Virus record (IMG/VR): IMGVR_UViG_3300030490_000001
Reading direction: 5' to 3' (one strand)
Source of the DNA: a virus
Length of the DNA stretch: 64,000 nt
Below the pieces are notes generated by a model. It was not told where the DNA came from. It was given only the letters and a program-made list of their open reading frames with translations, and made no database searches. A program made the position numbers and the translations under genes. Positions 61,484-64,000 of the stretch are shown piece by piece (position 1 is the stretch's first letter; each line of letters begins with the position of its first letter).

Positions 61484-61891
61484 ATGACCATGCGCTACCC
61501 CATCGCTATTGAAATCGGTGACGAAAAGACCGCCTATGGCGTGACCGTACCCGATCTGCCTGGCTGCTTCTCTGCCGGCGACACGCTCGATGAAGCAATC
61601 AGCAACTCCGAGGAGGCAATGCTCCTTTGGTTTGACGAGGATGAGCCCGTAGCGCCGCCGGCCGCATCAAAGATCGAAGACCTCCGCAAGCGCAAAGAGT
61701 TTCGGGACCGTATCTGGGTTCTCGTGTCGGTGGACTTGTCCAAGCTCAACGACAAGGCCGTGCGCATCAACGTGACGATTCCTGAGCGCATCCTGCACAA
61801 CATCGATGCCCACGTAGGCTCTATTGGCGAGTCTCGCTCAGGCTTCCTCACTCGCGCGGCCATGGCAACCATGGCGACCGAGCACGCGTAA
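61484..61891 (+). CDS. hicB: HicB antitoxin (with a C-terminal RHH-like DNA-binding part)
   Basis: YPIAIEIGDEKTAYGVTVPDLPGCFSAGDTLDEA is the canonical HicB N-domain. The C-terminal VTIPERIL..ID.......SRSGFL is RHH-like. Confidence 0.85.
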   Translation: MTMRYPIAIEIGDEKTAYGVTVPDLPGCFSAGDTLDEAISNSEEAMLLWFDEDEPVAPPAASKIEDLRKRKEFRDRIWVLVSVDLSKLNDKAVRINVTIPERILHNIDAHVGSIGESRSGFLTRAAMATMATEHA

Positions 61892-62086
61892 ACGCAAAAA
61901 ATCCCCCAGCCTAAGCCGGGGGCTAGTTCAAATTGCGTGCGCATGTGCTTCTGTAAACTGCGCCACCCTACCCAGCGACACTGCCGCCGCATCGGCGGCA
62001 TAAGTCCAGGCCGGACCAACTGGCCTGGCACTCCATCGGCCGCCACTCGCGCGGCTGATGCACATCACATGGGCTACCTGAATAAA

Positions 62087-62096
62087 AGTCGTGACA
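62087..62096 (+). promoter_or_regulatory. TCGTGAC-core motif site 20
   Basis: Reads gaataaaAGTCGTGACAccaga. There are 129 nt to ATG 62226, with a small hairpin and the TGATCAAAT inverted pair in between. Confidence 0.6.
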
Positions 62097-62150
62097 CCAG
62101 ACTCGCCCAACTCAAGTGGCGTCCATATTGTGGACGACTCAGACAGATAT

Positions 62151-62180
62151 TGATCAAATATAGTTGCTCGAATTTGATCA
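62151..62180. promoter_or_regulatory. inverted TGATCAAAT / ATTTGATCA pair upstream of gene 62226
   Basis: The two 9-bp arms at 62151-62159 and 62172-62180 are separated by 12 nt and lie between motif site 20 and the start codon. Confidence 0.5.
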
Positions 62181-62225
62181 CTGCCGTAAGCTGCCGGCTA
62201 TCAATGCACGAAGGGGTGACACGCA

Positions 62226-62627
62226 ATGAAGTATTCCAAGACCGTCACGGTCGGTGGCATGACGTGGAACGTCATCGGCCGCAATGAACGCGCAACCACG
62301 CACGAGGGCCGGCACTTCTTTGCTGCCCGCTGCAATCCCAAGATCTTGTGGCGCATCACCGAGGATGACCAGAACATCGCCGCGACCGGATCAGCCAAGC
62401 CGCTGCGCGTGTGGACGAACAAGTATGAGACCCACGATCTTAGTACGACCGTCCGCGAGATATGCGGGAAGCCGCCGGCCACACGCATATGTGATAGGTG
62501 CTACATGGTCCATGGCCCGGCGCTCACTGAATGCCCATTCTGCGGCACGCCGAGCGAGGAGCTGCACCCATCCATGACTTTCGCCGAGCACCGAGCCGCC
62601 ATGCAGGCGCGCAGGGCACACAACTAA
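62226..62627 (+). CDS. hypothetical early protein with a C-terminal zinc ribbon
   Basis: 133 aa with AAGGGG upstream of the ATG and CDRC..CPFC near the C-terminus. Confidence 0.5.
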   Translation: MKYSKTVTVGGMTWNVIGRNERATTHEGRHFFAARCNPKILWRITEDDQNIAATGSAKPLRVWTNKYETHDLSTTVREICGKPPATRICDRCYMVHGPALTECPFCGTPSEELHPSMTFAEHRAAMQARRAHN

Positions 62628-62639
62628 AAGGATGCATCC

Positions 62640-63104
62640 GTGAGAATTGAAGAACTTGAGGGCAAGCTGCTGGACTACTGGGTTGCCCGCTCCATGGGAT
62701 ACCGCTTCTGGCTGGAAAAGCGCGGCGCGTATGAGCTGGCGGTGGTGCAGCCGCCGACGTACCGGGAGCCGTGGATGGAGCACCGCGACAAAGATGGCAA
62801 CAAGCCGCGCTACACCGAAGTATTCACCGCCGAAGAACTCAAGTGCGGATTTTTCGGCACCGGCCTCCGTCATTTCTCCACTGACTGGACCTATGGCGGC
62901 CCGATCATCGAGCGTGAGGCCATCTGCGTCGATAAGCTGATGAGCCCGGACTGGTGTGCAGCAAAGCGCAACACCACCGACGACGCTGGGGCGTGGTACG
63001 CCGGCCCTACCCCACTAATCGCAGCCATGCGCGCCTATGTCGCCAGCGTGTATGGCGAAACCGTAACTGACGGACAAAAGGAAGACCAAAATGCAACGTT
63101 GTGA
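62640..63104 (+). CDS. DUF2591-like phage protein
   Basis: 154 aa with a GTG start. LDYWVA...G ... W..GGPIIE...I ... GPTPL.AAMRAYV matches my memory of DUF2591 (NinX-like). Confidence 0.55.
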   Translation: MRIEELEGKLLDYWVARSMGYRFWLEKRGAYELAVVQPPTYREPWMEHRDKDGNKPRYTEVFTAEELKCGFFGTGLRHFSTDWTYGGPIIEREAICVDKLMSPDWCAAKRNTTDDAGAWYAGPTPLIAAMRAYVASVYGETVTDGQKEDQNATL

Positions 63105-63471
63105 TTTCATGAAGCTGCTGAACGCAGCAGCCCAGACTGTCGCAATCCCCGTATCGACGCGGGAAAGCATCATCCAGCGCATTTTCGGCGAGAGCGAGAG
63201 CCTCCCCGAGCAAATCAAATCTGCATACGTGCACGTCAGCCGGAACCGCATTGTCCAGTTCGGCGAGGTGGTCATCGATGCCAGCGGCAAGCAAGAGATC
63301 CTGTTCCCGGCGGAGATGTACGCCACTGTCGGAAGTAGGGCGCAAAGCGACAAGGCCGGCGACGTCGTGATGATCCGTGGCATCAGCGGCAAGTCGATGA
63401 GCGTCTATGCGGCGCCTGGTACCAGCGTGGCGTGGGTGGCTGTTGGCGAGGTATGGGGCGGCAACGCATGA
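63091..63471 (+). CDS. hypothetical early protein
   Basis: 126-aa ORF. An alternative start is ATG 63106. Confidence 0.45.
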   Translation: MQRCDFMKLLNAAAQTVAIPVSTRESIIQRIFGESESLPEQIKSAYVHVSRNRIVQFGEVVIDASGKQEILFPAEMYATVGSRAQSDKAGDVVMIRGISGKSMSVYAAPGTSVAWVAVGEVWGGNA

Positions 63472-63794
63472 GCGCGACGAACACCGTAGCCGACCAGTTC
63501 CTGCGCAAGCTGCAGGCTGACAAGGTCGCCCCGATGACGCGCGTGCAACTGATCGATGGCCCGCTGAAAGGCATCTCTGTCGATACGAGTGGAATCAGGC
63601 CGGACCAGGTGATTCGTTGCTTGAAGCCCATGCCGATCGATCGATTCACAATCGACCCGACCAGCCCGGTTCAGCATGTCGTCGAGTCGATCACTTACTA
63701 CACCTACCCCACGCGTGATCAATGGGGCGAGATAACCGGATGGCTGGCGAGCGAGTACCAGTCTGTCGCAGAACGAGAGGGAGCGACCTCATGA
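63468..63794 (+). CDS. hypothetical early protein
   Basis: ORF trimmed to ATG 63468 (an ATGA overlap with the previous stop). Confidence 0.45.
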   Translation: MSATNTVADQFLRKLQADKVAPMTRVQLIDGPLKGISVDTSGIRPDQVIRCLKPMPIDRFTIDPTSPVQHVVESITYYTYPTRDQWGEITGWLASEYQSVAEREGATS

Positions 63795-64000
63795 GCGAGT
63801 ACAACCAGGAAACGTGCATCACCGCCGGTGATCTGCGCAGCGTTGGCATACCGGTCCCTGAGCGAATCCCTGACTGCGCCTGGATCTCACGGAGCGCGGT
63901 GAAGTGCGTGCCAATACTCCCCGAGCAGGCATTTGAGCGGGTTGCTCGCGGTGAGTTTGCGGTGGAGTTTAAGATCACGTTCCTTGAACACTTCCGCTGG
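63791..64000 (+). CDS. partial hypothetical protein (runs off the right edge)
   Basis: Own translation from ATG 63791 (ATGA overlap): MSEYNQETCITAGDLRSVGIPVPERIPDCAW.., with no stop before the window end. Confidence 0.4.
   Translation, partial: MSEYNQETCITAGDLRSVGIPVPERIPDCAWISRSAVKCVPILPEQAFERVARGEFAVEFKITFLEHFRW

Noticed and set aside
61897-61930. A hairpin after hicB (A6 TCCCCC agcctaagcc GGGGG) might be a terminator.
   Set aside because: The stem is only 5 bp. The T-run is on the minus strand, where no upstream gene needs terminating. It is too weak to call.
1111-62096. The TCGTGAC motif could be an ordinary sigma70 promoter, with GTGACA as the -35 box.
   Set aside because: Checking sites 3, 6, 19 and 20, I found no conserved TATAAT-like hexamer 15-19 nt downstream. 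At six sites the start codon is only 13-15 nt away, which leaves no room for a -10 element plus a leader.

Overview
This window reads as one continuous, tightly packed dsDNA phage genome segment with high GC by eye. It has a temperate, contractile-tail (myovirus-type) gene set. I see no host housekeeping genes, rRNA, complete tRNA or CRISPR array. All calls come from reading the sequence and ORF translations; nothing was searched or computed. Layout: (1) 1-7441 holds two minus-strand Cys-rich genes, a highly structured non-coding block (1262-1716) and a plus-strand operon of small early genes. (2) 7588-14559 (minus) is the replication module: primase-helicase, VRR-NUC, DUF5664-like dNTP pyrophosphohydrolase, HNH homing endonuclease, SSB, SF2 helicase and an HTH regulator. 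(3) 14775-22220 (plus) holds a PD-(D/E)XK exonuclease, SMC-like ATPase, putative annealing protein, RecD/Dda-like helicase, dUTPase, tyrosine integrase 1 and a TraR/DksA zinc finger. (4) 22235-57228 (minus) is the late region: spanins, holin, GH19 endolysin, two tail-fibre/chaperone cassettes, baseplate, spike, tape measure, tube, sheath, capsid, scaffold, protease, a 1271-aa polyvalent protein, MuF and portal. (5) 57322-61891 holds small genes, xis, integrase 2, an attP-like site and a lower-GC island with an acyltransferase and HicAB. (6) 62087-64000 starts another plus-strand early operon. The most interesting signal is regulatory rather than a gene. A TCGTGAC-core motif (consensus A-run + AGTCGTGACA) sits at about 20 intergenic junctions in every module, always pointing in the direction of transcription. 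It is often followed by a hairpin, and at six genes it lies exactly 13-15 nt before a start codon that lacks a Shine-Dalgarno sequence. I recognise no RNA polymerase, sigma factor or terminase in the window. Other notable features are an iteron/dyad/homopurine block, a 38-nt perfect alternating purine-pyrimidine tract, GATC-centred palindromic operators and an attP-like array of five 10-bp-phased repeats.
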